A stretch of DNA of 61,174 nt from Octopus bimaculoides (taxonomy: Eukaryota). Positions 1 through 11,313 of the stretch are shown here, in pieces. Position 1 is the stretch's first letter, and each line of letters starts with the position of its first letter. Below the pieces are notes generated by a model that was given only the letters and a program-made list of their open reading frames with translations, made no database searches and had not been told where the DNA came from. The translations under genes and the position numbers were made by a program. Location of the stretch: assembly GCF_001194135.2 (NCBI RefSeq), contig NC_068999.1, positions 22,854,202-22,915,375 on the forward strand. The letters run 5' to 3'.

Positions 1-69
<69 letters not shown>
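1..69. repeat. (AAT)n microsatellite
   Basis: Perfect AAT run from the window start. Confidence 0.99.
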
Positions 70-1233
70 CCTTTCTACTAAAGGCACAAGACCTGAAATT
101 GTGTGGGAGGGGACTAGTCAATCATATCAACCCCAATGTTTCAATGGTACTTAATTTATCAACCCTATGAGAGGCAAAGTTGACCTCGCGGAATTTGAAA
201 TCAGGATGTAAGGGCGGACAAAATGCCGCTAATCATTTTGCCCGGCGTGTTAACGTTTCTGCCAGCTCGCCGCCTTAACAATCCTTTCTACTACGGACAC
301 AAGGCCTGAAATTTGGGAGAGAGAAATGGTCGATCACACTGACCGCAGTACACAAATACTTATTTCATCGACCCCGAAAGGACGAAAGGCAAAGTCGACC
401 TCGGCGGAATTTGAACTCTCGCCGCTTTAATGATAATCCTTCTATTATGGACACAAGACCCGACATTTTGTGGGAGAGGAATAATCGATTACAGCGACCC
501 TCAATACTGAACTGGTACTTATTTCCAACGACTCCAAAAGGGATGAAAGATAGAGCTGACATTGGCAGAATTTGAACTCATAACGTAAAGGTGGACAAGA
601 CGCCGCTAAACATAGTGACCAACGTGCAAGCGATTCTGCCAACTCGCCACCTTGAAAATAATCCTTTCTTCTTAAGGCACAATGCCTGAAATTCTTGGGG
701 AGGGGGTAAATCGATTACATCGACCACAGTGTTTCACTGGTACTTAATTTATCGACCCCGAACGGATGAAAGGCAAAGTCGACCTCGGCGGAATTTAAAA
801 TCAGAACGCAAAGACGGACTAAATGCCGCTAAGCATCTTGACCGGTGGGCTAACGATTCTGCCAGCTCGCCGCCTCAGCCGCCTTAGCTGCCTCAACCGC
901 CTTGATAATAATCAGTAATAATTCTTTCTCCTATAGACACAAGGCCTGAAATTTGGGGGTAGGAGCTAGTCGATTACACTGACCCCAGTGTTTGACTGGT
1001 ACTTATTTTATCAACTCCTCAAAGAATAATTAATTCATAATTATAATGATAATAATAATGGTTTCAAATTTGGCACAAGGCCAGTAATTTTGATGGAGGA
1101 AGTGAGTAGGTTACACAACCGGTATTTATTTTATTGATCCTGAAAGGATGAAAGGCAGAGTCTACCTCGGCGGAATTTGAATTCAGTGCGTAAAGACGGA
1201 CGAAATGCCGCTAAGCATTCAGCACGCCACCTT
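70..1233 (-). mobile_element. Head-to-tail stack of six SINE-B (tRNA-derived) copies
   Basis: Copies at about 70-276, 283-428, 438-653, 663-903, 921-1022 and 1060-1233. Each is the reverse complement of AAGGCGGCGAGCTGGCAGAA...GAGTTCAAATTCCGCCGAGGTCGACTTTGCCTTTCATCCTTTCGGGGTCGATAAAATAAGTACC. Short AAT-like spacers separate them. Confidence 0.9.
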
Positions 1234-1235
1234 GA

Positions 1236-2400
1236 TATGAGAAGAGCTCATCAGTGGCTGCAGAGTGCTGCTTTGAAAGCCGAAACATTATTTATCCTAG
1301 CGGCACAAGACCAGCGTCTCCTCACTCGGAACCATCAAGCTAATGTCACACACAATGAAGCAGACACAAAGTGAAGACTCTGTATTGATAAACTTGAGAG
1401 TACTGACCACATTGTTGCCGCTTGCTCAGTCTTTGCCCCTACAGAATATAAAAGCAAGCATGATCGAGTTAGCCAATACTTGCACTGGGGCGTATGCCAT
1501 CAATATGATATCCCGCCCCTTAAAAACTGGTATGAACACCATCCAGAGTCAGTCACTGAAAGAGAAAATGTTACCGTCCTATAGGATTATGAGATACATA
1601 CAGACAGGCAAATAAATACTAACAGATCGTAGGAGTGGCAGTGTGGTAAGTAATTTACTTACCAACCACATGGTCCCGGGTTCAGTCCCACTGCGTGGCA
1701 TCTTGGGCAAGTGTCTTCTACTATAGCCTCGGGCCGACCAAAGCCTTGTGAGTGGATTTGGTAGACGGAAACTGAAAGAAGCCTGTCGTATATATGTATA
1801 TATATATATATGTATGTGTTTGTATGTCTGTGTTTGTCCCCCCAACATCGCTTGACAACCGATGCTGGTGTGTTTACGTCCCCGTAACTTAGCGGTTCGG
1901 CAAAAGAGACCGATAGAATAAGTACTAGGCTTCCAAAGAATAAGTCCTGGGATCGATTTGCTCGACTAAAGGCGGTGCTCCAGCATGGCCACAGTCAAAA
2001 TACTGAAACAAGTAAAAGAGTAAAAGAGTAAAGAGATCAGACATCGTCATCAAAGACAGAAAAAAAAAACATGCCTGTTAATTGATATGACAGTGTCTAC
2101 TGATAGAAACGTCTCAGCAAAGGAATTTGAAAAACTGTCGAAATATAAGGACAAATTAAAAACCAAAACCATCCCAGTTGTAGGTGGCCCGTGAATGATT
2201 AAGAAAGGTAGTGACAAATTTTTGACCAGATTCCTGGGAAACCAACAATCTGAGACTCAAAAAATTGTGATGACATCAACCGCCCACATTCTGAGGAAGT
2301 TTCTTTCGACCTAGTATACACAAGCCTTAGGACACTGGCTGAAACCCGGTCGGAAGACGAAATAAAATGCAAATCAAACGGAAAATAATAATGATAATGA
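1236..2400 (+). mobile_element. R4/Dong-clade non-LTR retrotransposon 3' fragment (zinc knuckle plus restriction-like endonuclease), interrupted by SINE-A
   Basis: Translates to LAAQDQ..TRN..(C)RLC...E..DHIVAAC..FAPTEYKSKHDRV...LHW..., then NR|SDIVIKD..CLLIDMTV..D..KLSKYKD and STAHILRKFLS. It ends in an AAT-like tail and carries stops and frameshifts. Confidence 0.85.
1629..2033 (+). mobile_element. SINE-A, near full length, nested in the R4/Dong fragment
   Basis: tRNA-like head (GGAGTGGCAGTGTGGTAAG...GGTTCAGTCCC), central TA/TG microsatellite and (AAAGAGT) tail. Flanked by AGATC at 1624-1628 and 2034-2038. Confidence 0.9.
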
Positions 2401-2424
2401 TTATGTTGTAATTGAAGCAGCGCA

Positions 2425-3775
2425 TACCTGCAAAGAAATCAAAGCTAACTAGGTTTGAACAACAGATTAGACAATACCGGCAAAACCGATTGTTTAGAAT
2501 CGGCCATAAAAATTTCATCAAGAAACTAATGATGATTTAGAATGCGAAAGATAAGTTCTTGAGGCTGATGAGATTCGACAGATTTGGGGTTAGATATTGA
2601 GTAGGCAAGAACAATGCAATACTGGAGCTGAATGGCTTTACAGCCTGAAGCAAGAAGCTATCCTCTTTACCGAATACAGTATCAGAATATGAGCAGTTGA
2701 AAAGCCTGATGGTGTACAGGGATTTTGGATAAAAGAAAAAAGTTCAGTAGGTGCCATAAATTGATTGCAGAACATTTTAATGCATAGATTGATGGAGAAG
2801 CCGAAATCCCGGGGTGGTTGACCAAAAGACGAATAGAGTTGTGCTAGCACAACATCCTTCAAGAAGGATGTATCGAAAGGAAATGCTGCCGATAGTTACA
2901 GGCCTATCTTTTGCCTTCCATTAATGTGGAAGTTACTATCAAGAGGGATTGCAGAAGAAATGTACAAATTCCTTGATCATAACGGCATTTTACCAATGGA
3001 ACAGAAAGGAGATGCAGAGGTACCCAAGACCAATTATTGATAGACAAAATAGTAATGCAAAATTGTAAGCAAAGAAGGACAAACTTGGGAATGGCCTGGA
3101 TTGATTACCACAAAGCTTACGATATGATTCCGCATTCGTGGATCACTGAGTGCTTCTATTTGTTTGGAATTGCAAGGAATGTAACATGTTTTCTGAAGAG
3201 AAGTATGGTGGGCTGGAAAACCGAGTTGACATCGTACGGATAAAACTTATCTCCATTGCTTTTTGAACCTTGCATGATCCCTCTGGCTTTGGTTCTGAGG
3301 AAAGGGAGCCTGGAATATCAGTTAAAGGGAAAAACTCAAAGAATCTACCACCTCCTCTTCGTGGATGATTTGAAGCAGTATGGCTAGGATGAGATACAAG
3401 TGAGTTCTTTAGTGAACACAATCTACTGTTTTAGTGTTGATATTAAGATGAAATCCGGACACAGGAAGCGTAGTATAATGAGCCTGATAATAGGCAAAGT
3501 ATAGTTCCTAGCAGGGATAGAATTTCCCAATAGAGAAGTGATGAAACAAATTGAAAAGGGAGGCTGATGATACCTTGGCGTACTAGAATTCAACGAAATC
3601 ACAGAGTGGGAAATGAAAGAACAGGCGAGGAAGAATTTTTCTGAAGTCAATATTTGACTGGATGGAATAAAATCCAAGCAGTAAATATATGGGCGAAAAC
3701 ATCACTTCGGTAAGGAGCTGGAATAATAAACTGGCAAAAAGAAAGAATTAATGAGTGTGGATACAAAGATGTTTC
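2425..3775 (+). mobile_element. R4/Dong-clade reverse transcriptase fragment (degenerate)
   Basis: Contains [56 protein letters not shown] and YLGVLE. The QGD segment is deleted and there are many stops. Confidence 0.88.
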
Positions 3776-3984
3776 AGTGAAATTTTTGTTACAAAACTAA
3801 CACAAAAATATTAGTTTTACTTCTTGATTTTTCTTGACAGTTTACCTGATTGACAGGTGTCCTCATTGAAATCCACATAAGAAACCTCTATAGTCATGTA
3901 TATAATAAACTTAGTCTTGTGTATAATATATAAGGTTTCAAGTGTTCACAACTATTCAACATTCAGCCAAACAACCTCACAAAT

Positions 3985-4210
3985 TTGCGAGGTGTAGATG
4001 TGGAGGTCTTCAAGAACGTCTGGACAAATTTCTATCTAAGATACCAGATGAACCCACATTGTAGTAGGAAGCACGATGAAGAGCAGCTCCACCCAACTCG
4101 CTACTTCACCAGAAACTATATAGCAAAGGAACTCAATCACACGGTAAGGCTGTGCCTGAGTTTGGTCTCAGTCTCTGGCTGAAACCAGCAAAAGATAAGG
4201 TGCAAAAGGT
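3985..4210 (+). mobile_element. CR1-like LINE 3' end
   Basis: LRGVDVEVFK-RLDKFLSKIPDEP...RAAPPNSLLHQ is the typical C-terminus of invertebrate CR1-group ORF2. Confidence 0.65.
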
Positions 4211-4847
4211 AGTCTCCTGTATAATATATATATAGTCCTGTATGTATTCTTGTGTATAAATACTTTTAATACAATCTCATGAATAAGCAAAACATATTGT
4301 ATTTAATTTTCTTTACCACAATATTTTCTGATAGTAGGATAATTTCCGTTTGAAAAATATACCAAACGATTTGTGACTGCTCGAACAGACTCAATTAAAT
4401 CATATCCGGTTATTATGTGATAGTCATTTAAACTTTCTGCCCAAGATGTTTTAGATAATTTTTAACGCTCCATTTGAGTGAAAAATTCAGAATGTGCTGT
4501 GTAAGTAAAAATGGATAAATACGTTGATATTTGCGACCGAGTAGTTCAATTTTGAAATTATTCTATAATGACACAATGTCAACCTTCAACTTCACCAAAA
4601 GCTTGAAAAAAAATGATTTATGGTGTCATTCGTAATTTTGAGAGGAGATTTAATGATTTAATTCAGAGTATATACACGGATGTACCTGATTATTACAGCC
4701 AATCTCCCAACAGTTTCCTTTAGTAATTCATTCAGTATTGTTCCTTTTCACTAACGTAACACAAGGATGATTAAGTGAACGTTTGTGACATTAATGAGAT
4801 TCTCATGGGAAGTTTTTTCCAACAATTCAACAGTAATTTAGTATTGT

Positions 4848-4848
<1 letters not shown>

Positions 4849-4916
<68 letters not shown>

Positions 4917-5100
4917 CTAATATCGGGTTGCAACAAGTAACCTTAGATGCCAAGAACCTTCCTAAGTATCTTAGCTGTCCCGAATAATAGTTTTCTGGAG
5001 CTGCACTGAACCAGATTTAATGCCTATTTCCTCTATTCATTTGTTCAAATCTTTAGGAATAGTTCCTAATACACTTATAACTACAGGGATACATCATTAC

Positions 5101-5158
<58 letters not shown>
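4849..5158 (-). mobile_element. 5'-truncated R4/Dong 3' end (about 4915-5100) embedded in (ATT)n on both sides
   Basis: The minus strand reads IPVVISVLGTIPKDLNK*IEEIGI...QLQKT...TAKILRKVLGI*. ATT runs flank it at 4849-4914 and 5102-5158. Confidence 0.8.
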
Positions 5159-5384
5159 GCATGAGAGGGTAAAGTGACACTGGGATACAATATATCCAAC
5201 ATGACTACTCGTCTGTTAAGTGTGCACCGGATACATGCATCACAACCATATGTGCGCGAGATGGTGATCTCATATCAAGATAAACAGCACATGACCTTGC
5301 AGGTGGAGTCCACTTAAAATTTTCTTCAGATCGAGTAGCCCATCCCGCTCAAAAGGTCCCTGAATAAGGGTTGTCTAAGGATAA
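5159..5384. repeat. Unclassified interspersed-repeat fragment (family D)
   Basis: Non-simple block wedged between the ATT run and a SINE-B. It resembles an octopus interspersed repeat from recall only; there is no second copy in the window. Confidence 0.35.
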
Positions 5385-5574
5385 AGCACGCCTGGCAAAA
5401 TGCTTAGCGGCATTTCGTCTGTCTTTACAGTCTAAGTTCAAATTCCGCCTAGGTCGACTTTGTCTTTCATCCTTCCCGGGTCAATAAAATAAGTGCCAGT
5501 TGAGCACTAGAGTCAACGTAATCGACTTAGCAACCCGCCCCTGAAATTGCTCTCCTTGTGCCAAAATTTGAAAC
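5385..5574 (+). mobile_element. SINE-B, 5'-truncated, followed by an ATT/CAT tail and (CAT)n to about 5673
   Basis: Matches the SINE-B body and ends in the CCTTGTGCCAAAATTTGAAAC tail. Confidence 0.88.
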
Positions 5575-5602
5575 TATTATCATCATTACCACCACCATCA
5601 TT

Positions 5603-5654
<52 letters not shown>

Positions 5655-7207
5655 ATCATCATCATCATCATCAATAGTTTCACGCGATTTTCTGCTGCAT
5701 CAACAGGTGTATCTCTATGTTCCTGAAATATGCATAACATTATCTTTAAAGGCAGCGGAATCGCATTTGTGTGCGACATTAGCTTTGTTTTGTTGTGCGG
5801 TGAGGAGGTTGTGGTTGTTTTGATGTGTACACCAGATGCAATGTGAATCATATGAGTCACTGGTGGACTGTGGGACGTGTTGTATTATCAGATATCGATC
5901 ATGTAAGAGTGTGTTTGTGTTATTTATTGGGTATTAATTGTGTAGAATGCGTTGTATAATTTGCGTTACACCACAGGGTGGTAATTCAGCGAAGTACAAG
6001 TTGTGTGCGCCGTATCAAAGAGTTAAAGTTGCTTTTGTTCTTGTTTTCTTCACTCCCTGTATAAATCTGCCGCTGCCAATTTTCTCTTCCATCTTTTGGA
6101 GGTTGATAAATAAAGTACATGTATGTATTTGTGTGTGTAGTTACCCTCAGTTATTTAGTTGGATTAATTTTAGTTTTTCATGTTGGTACCACAGCTACAA
6201 CCCAGTTTAACTTTGACTTTAACCTTAAACCGAAGCCCTAATCCTAACCCCGATCACGTAATATGACGGCCTAGACTACGAATACTGAGGTAGGCCATAC
6301 ACTAAAGTTGCACCCCCAGTGAAACACATTGCATGAAGAGTTAGTAAAGTAGGCGTTAGCATACTTGATATAAGTAAGTCAAGATAATTTAATTAAGATA
6401 ACAGTTATAGCGAACAACCGTCATCTGAATCACTAAGATTAATAAGTACGTTGTTGTTAGTGTTTTAGGCCCAGATCAATACTGCTTGAGTAGAACCATG
6501 ATCAAAGCAGTTTAGTCTTGAAATCTCAGAGCTATTCCAGCGGAAGAAGCTTCACAAATGATTTCGTTAGGTTTATTAGATTTCTTGACAATCGTTAATT
6601 CTTTAATCAATATACATTTCCGAAAATTATACACATACATGCGTATGTACACGCACTCACACACACACACATATAACCAGACACATATATAAATAAATGC
6701 ATATATACATATATGTCTGTATATGTAAATGTGTGCATGTGTGTAAGTTTCGTGAACGTAAGATACTTCCTCCTCATAAGATGTGGAGGAAATTTAAAAT
6801 GACATCAAGATTTTTAAGCCACCATTGGTCTGTTTAGGTTACACATTGAATTAATTCACGTCAACAACTTGTCCATTCTTCCACGCGTGATATCCAATCT
6901 AAAGAACTGGTGTCACCAAATATATTCCTGCAAAATGCCGACAAAGTGACTCCGACATCCTGTCTGCTCCTCATAGATCTAACAATAAAACAACTGAGGC
7001 CGCTTGATAGCATAAACAACTACGATCTGAATTGACTAATGGCGGCTTGAATAACTAGAAACCATTTAAAATTTCTTTTAAGTTATCTCCATTCTTATTC
7101 CGAACATCTGATGAGTGAAATGCGCCCACGTTCACGAAACTTTAAGTAATGTGGAGCTGAATCAAAGAGTTATCAAATAAACATGTGTGCCTGTGTTTGT
7201 ATGTGTG

Positions 7208-7280
<73 letters not shown>

Positions 7281-7308
7281 AAGGGGAGAGAGAGAGGGTG
7301 CACGCATT

Positions 7309-7360
<52 letters not shown>

Positions 7361-7730
7361 CGTATACATGTTATCACCTATTGAGATTTGTTTGGTAGTT
7401 AATATTCGTTAAAGAATGCTTTACACATTCATTTGTTCCACAGAACACATGATATATTAATCTATTTACATACAAAAAACATGATATATTATGATCCCAG
7501 TGTCATTAAGCACATCAAAGCAAGGGAATTCACTATTGTTAATGAAGGTTTATGGTTGAAAGGTAACTGAATGTGTTTCTTCAAAAAATAAACAATTTTC
7601 AATATGTGAGTATCTTTTGAGGAGAATGGCAAATACATTATGTGAGAAACAAAGTATTTTAGCTAGCTGTGAGTTCTTCAGTAAATATTGATGGAAGTGT
7701 CAGTAATATTTCACCAATTCTGACCTTTCA

Positions 7731-7914
7731 TACGACGGGTTTCTTCCAGTTGCCGTCAACCAAATCCACTCACAAGGCTTTGGTCGGCCCAAGGCTATAG
7801 TAGAAGACACTTGCCCAAGGTGCCACGCAGGGAACTGAACCCGGAACCATGTGGTTGGGAAGCAAACTTCTCACCATACAGCCACGCCTGCGCCAGTAGC
7901 CACTCCTGCGCCTA
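7731..7914 (-). mobile_element. SINE-A 5' half
   Basis: Reverse complement of the SINE-A head through GAAGCCCGTCGTA. Confidence 0.88.
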
Positions 7915-7918
7915 TATA

Positions 7919-8386
7919 TCAGGTTGAGTAAAAAGCAAGCAGAGTTTTGAACCATGAATAATTTGTACCGAATTTTTGCAAAGTTTTGAATTTTTTAAAA
8001 ACATTTTTGGAAATCCTCTGATAATACAGTCATAGACTTGTCCAAATGCATCAATAAATTAACATTGAATTTTTTTTCATCGTTGTTACAATCATCTGAA
8101 ATGGAACTGTCAAAGCGCAATATTCGAGTAACTTTGCTATTTAACTTCAAAAAATGACGTAAAGCAGCTGAAACTCCTCGCGATATCAACGAAACGTTTG
8201 GTGAGGAAATGACCAGTGAGTGGTCAGCTCGAAAGTGGTTAAAACGATTTCGCAGTGGAGACCTAAGCATTGAAGATCGTGAGCGTATTGGATGCCCATC
8301 TGTCATCGATGACGGTCAATTAAAGACCGTCATTGAGAAAGATTCAAATAAAACCACTCGAGAACTGGCAAAAGAACTTCAAGTTG
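7919..8386 (+). mobile_element. Mariner transposon 5' end (left TIR plus HTH of the transposase)
   Basis: TA followed by a TCAGGTTGAGTAAAAAG TIR. ATG at 8101 gives MELSKRNIRVTLLFNFKK*RKAAETPRDINETFGEEMTSEWSARKWLKRFRSGDLSIEDRERIGCPS...TTRELAKELQV. Confidence 0.88.
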
Positions 8387-8742
8387 TCTGACAGTCATGA
8401 CTGGGTTCTCCTGCTGGTGTGGCATGGTGCAGAGTCCTGTTGCCAGACATAGGGTCATCCAGCAGCCACCCTTTAGACCCAGGACAGCACTACCTCCTTC
8501 AGGTACTTGATGTAGGCCTGGGGCCGTGTGGGAAGATGAATGGAGGCATAGCGTCGCCAACACAAGCGATCACTCCAAACACCATGATGTTGGCTGGGTG
8601 TCTGATTTTTATCACTTTCGGTACATATTTTGGGGACACGGCAAGCCATCGGTTGTTCTGTGTATTCACCATCTGTTGTCACTGGAGCTTCCGGTGCGAA
8701 TGCCAAGCAGTACAGCATGTCGTTTCCAAATTTCTGGCAGCC
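8387..8742 (-). mobile_element. maT/DD37D-type Tc1/mariner transposase internal fragment
   Basis: The minus strand reads NNRWLAVSPKYVPKVIKIRHPANIMVFGVI...MPPFIFPHG...YIKYLKEVVL...PYVWQQDSAPCHTSRRTQS. Same family as 60122-60708. Confidence 0.82.
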
Positions 8743-8819
8743 TAAATTGCGTCACGGTACCGTTCCTCTCACAGACAGCGTTCTCCATCGCTGGTGGTCT
8801 CCTGCAAGCCCCTCTGCAT

Positions 8820-9033
8820 CATGATCTTAAGACTGTGGTTTCGATTCCTGGACCAGGCTACGCGTTGTGTTCTTGAGCAAAACACTTCATTTCACGTTGC
8901 TTCAGTCCACTCAGCTGGCGAAAATGAGTAACGCTGCGATGGACTGGTGTCCCGTCCAGCTGGGGAACAGATACGCCATTGAAATCGGGAAACTGGGCCC
9001 ATGAGCTTGGCTAGGCTTTAAAAGGGCGCATTT
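8820..9033 (+). mobile_element. SINE-E (tRNA-like B box plus body TGCGATGGACTGGTGTCCCGTCCAG)
   Basis: GGTTTCGATTCC B box. A second copy lies at 21560-21760. Confidence 0.7.
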
Positions 9034-9054
9034 ATATATATATGTTTGTATATA

Positions 9055-9525
9055 CCGCTGCACACTGGAGTGACTTCATCCTCAATGTTGAAGTTCTTAA
9101 GTAAGCAGTTAAGATTACCAGCATGGAGAACGTGCTACTGAAGTCCCAGCTACGCTGGGCAGGGCACGCCTCCAGCAGGAAGGATCATCACCTGCCCTGT
9201 ACGGTGAACTCTTCATAGGCCATCGCAGCAGAGAGGCACGAAAGAAGGTTGAAAAAACCTTTTGGTACCTATCACATCGACCATCACCAGTGGTCCACTC
9301 TAGCCGAGGACCGTGGCACCTGGTGTCTCACCATCAACCATATTGTCTCCTCTCACAAAAACATCCACAGGGCCATTCTCAAGGACAAAAGATGCTGGAA
9401 GAAGAACTGAAACACATCGTTATCAAATCCAGACCAGATATTCAACTGCTTGCACAAAAGTGCCTGCAGACAACGTGTACCAGTCCCTTCTTAACCTTCG
9501 TTTGCAAAGCTAAGTCAATAAGAAG
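9055..9525 (+). mobile_element. RTE-clade (BovB-like) LINE 3' fragment
   Basis: HWSDFILNVEVLK..ITSMENVLLKSQLRWAGH...LYGEL...IDHHQWSTLAEDRGTW. Confidence 0.8.
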
Positions 9526-9555
9526 TTTCGTGTGTGTGTGTGTGCGTGCGCGCGA

Positions 9556-9619
<64 letters not shown>

Positions 9620-10310
9620 ATATATATGCATATAGTCAATTCGAGGATGCCAGGTCCTCATTAGGGAGGTCAGGTCCTTAAAGAGGAAGTCTCGACGATA
9701 TGTTAGGGACTATTATAGTAATACACATTGTTAATAATGACAGAAAGAAAATAGAGAATTTATGGATGCATAAATAATTTATTTGTATGATTTTATGAGA
9801 TTGAAATTTTTTTATAAAAGCAATACAAATAAATTATAAATTATAAAACTCTAAAAGAAATAGCAGATGCCAAAATCCTACATATATTTTTCGATTCATA
9901 CCCCAAAGTGATTCATATTTCTAAGCATTTTGGTAGGGTCATGTGCTAAGAATTGGTTATCATTTTCAACTTTATGGGGCAGAACCTCATCAGGGCTTTA
10001 TGAGCTTATACAACAAAGGTTAATATATTTCTTGAAAGGATGCAGGCGAATTACTAATAAGTTTAAGAAGTTAGATCATATATATTATGCGTATGTATTC
10101 AGCAAGTGAATTACTGATGTAAATAAAGATAAAGATAAAATACAATAACATAAACATAAAGGTAAAGTAAGAAAATAAAAGATAAAAAGTAAAGCAAAAT
10201 ACAAATGTTGTAAATATATAGTATATAAATTTAAATAAAAGGGAAGAACAATACTTAAATATACAAGGGAAGAATTATAAAATAAAATCATAATATATTT
10301 CATTATATTT

Positions 10311-10695
10311 TTGTTGGCACTCCGACGCTTATGACGATGAGGGTTCCAGTTGATCCGATCAACGGAACAGCCTGCTCGTGAAATTAACGTGCAAGTGGTT
10401 GAGCACTCCACAGACACGTGTACCCATAACGTAATTTTCGGGGACATTCAGCGTGACACAGAGTGTGACAAGGCTGGTCCTTTGAATTACAGGCACAACA
10501 GAAACAGGAAGTAAGAGTGAGAGAAAGTTGTGGTGAAAGAGTACAGCAGGGTTCGCCACCATCCCCTGCCGGAGCCTCGTGGAGCTTTAGGTGTTTTTGC
10601 TTAATAAACACTCACAACGCCCGGTCTGGGAATCGAAACCGCGATCCTATGACCGCGAGTCCGCTGCCCTAACCATTGGGCCACTGCGCCTCCAC
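10311..10695 (-). mobile_element. SINE-C, full length (tRNA-Arg(TCG)-like head)
   Basis: A box TGGCCCAATGG, CTCGCG anticodon-like loop, B box GGTTTCGATTCC. 12-bp TSD ATTTCATTATAT at 10297-10308 and 10696-10707. Confidence 0.92.
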
Positions 10696-10722
10696 ATTTC
10701 ATTATATAATAAATAGCTAACG

Positions 10723-11252
10723 NNNNNNNNNNNNNNNNNNNNNNNNNNNNNNNNNNNNNNNNNNNNNNNNNNNNNNNNNNNNNNNNNNNNNNNNNNNNNN
10801 NNNNNNNNNNNNNNNNNNNNNNNNNNNNNNNNNNNNNNNNNNNNNNNNNNNNNNNNNNNNNNNNNNNNNNNNNNNNNNNNNNNNNNNNNNNNNNNNNNNN
10901 NNNNNNNNNNNNNNNNNNNNNNNNNNNNNNNNNNNNNNNNNNNNNNNNNNNNNNNNNNNNNNNNNNNNNNNNNNNNNNNNNNNNNNNNNNNNNNNNNNNN
11001 NNNNNNNNNNNNNNNNNNNNNNNNNNNNNNNNNNNNNNNNNNNNNNNNNNNNNNNNNNNNNNNNNNNNNNNNNNNNNNNNNNNNNNNNNNNNNNNNNNNN
11101 NNNNNNNNNNNNNNNNNNNNNNNNNNNNNNNNNNNNNNNNNNNNNNNNNNNNNNNNNNNNNNNNNNNNNNNNNNNNNNNNNNNNNNNNNNNNNNNNNNNN
11201 NNNNNNNNNNNNNNNNNNNNNNNNNNNNNNNNNNNNNNNNNNNNNNNNNNNN
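10723..11252. other. Assembly gap
   Basis: N run. Other gaps are at 16345-16610, 31764-32452, 33843-33954, 34132-34959, 38650-38817, 49924-50628 and 52180-52786, mostly abutting microsatellites. Confidence 0.99.

Positions 11253-11313
<61 letters not shown>

Noticed and set aside
70-1233. Repeat-spacer pattern resembling a CRISPR array
   Set aside because: The units are about 200-bp divergent SINE copies in eukaryotic DNA, with no short identical repeats and no cas genes.
2335-2347. 12-bp CTGGCTGAAACC shared between the Dong 3' UTR and the CR1-like 3' UTR (about 4177)
   Set aside because: Too short to distinguish from chance without consensus sequences.
6215-6255. CCTAATCCTAACCC telomere-like motif
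   Set aside because: Only about 2 imperfect units, insufficient for an interstitial telomere or Helentron call.
7142-7384. ORFs with SLSL/THTH/CVCV/YIYI/IYLS repeats throughout the window
   Set aside because: These are translations of di- and tetranucleotide microsatellites.
10620-10695. tRNA-Arg-like sequence
   Set aside because: It is the head of SINE-C: it continues into the SINE body, has a TSD, and recurs at about 43040-43117 and 60945-61000. It is not a tRNA gene.
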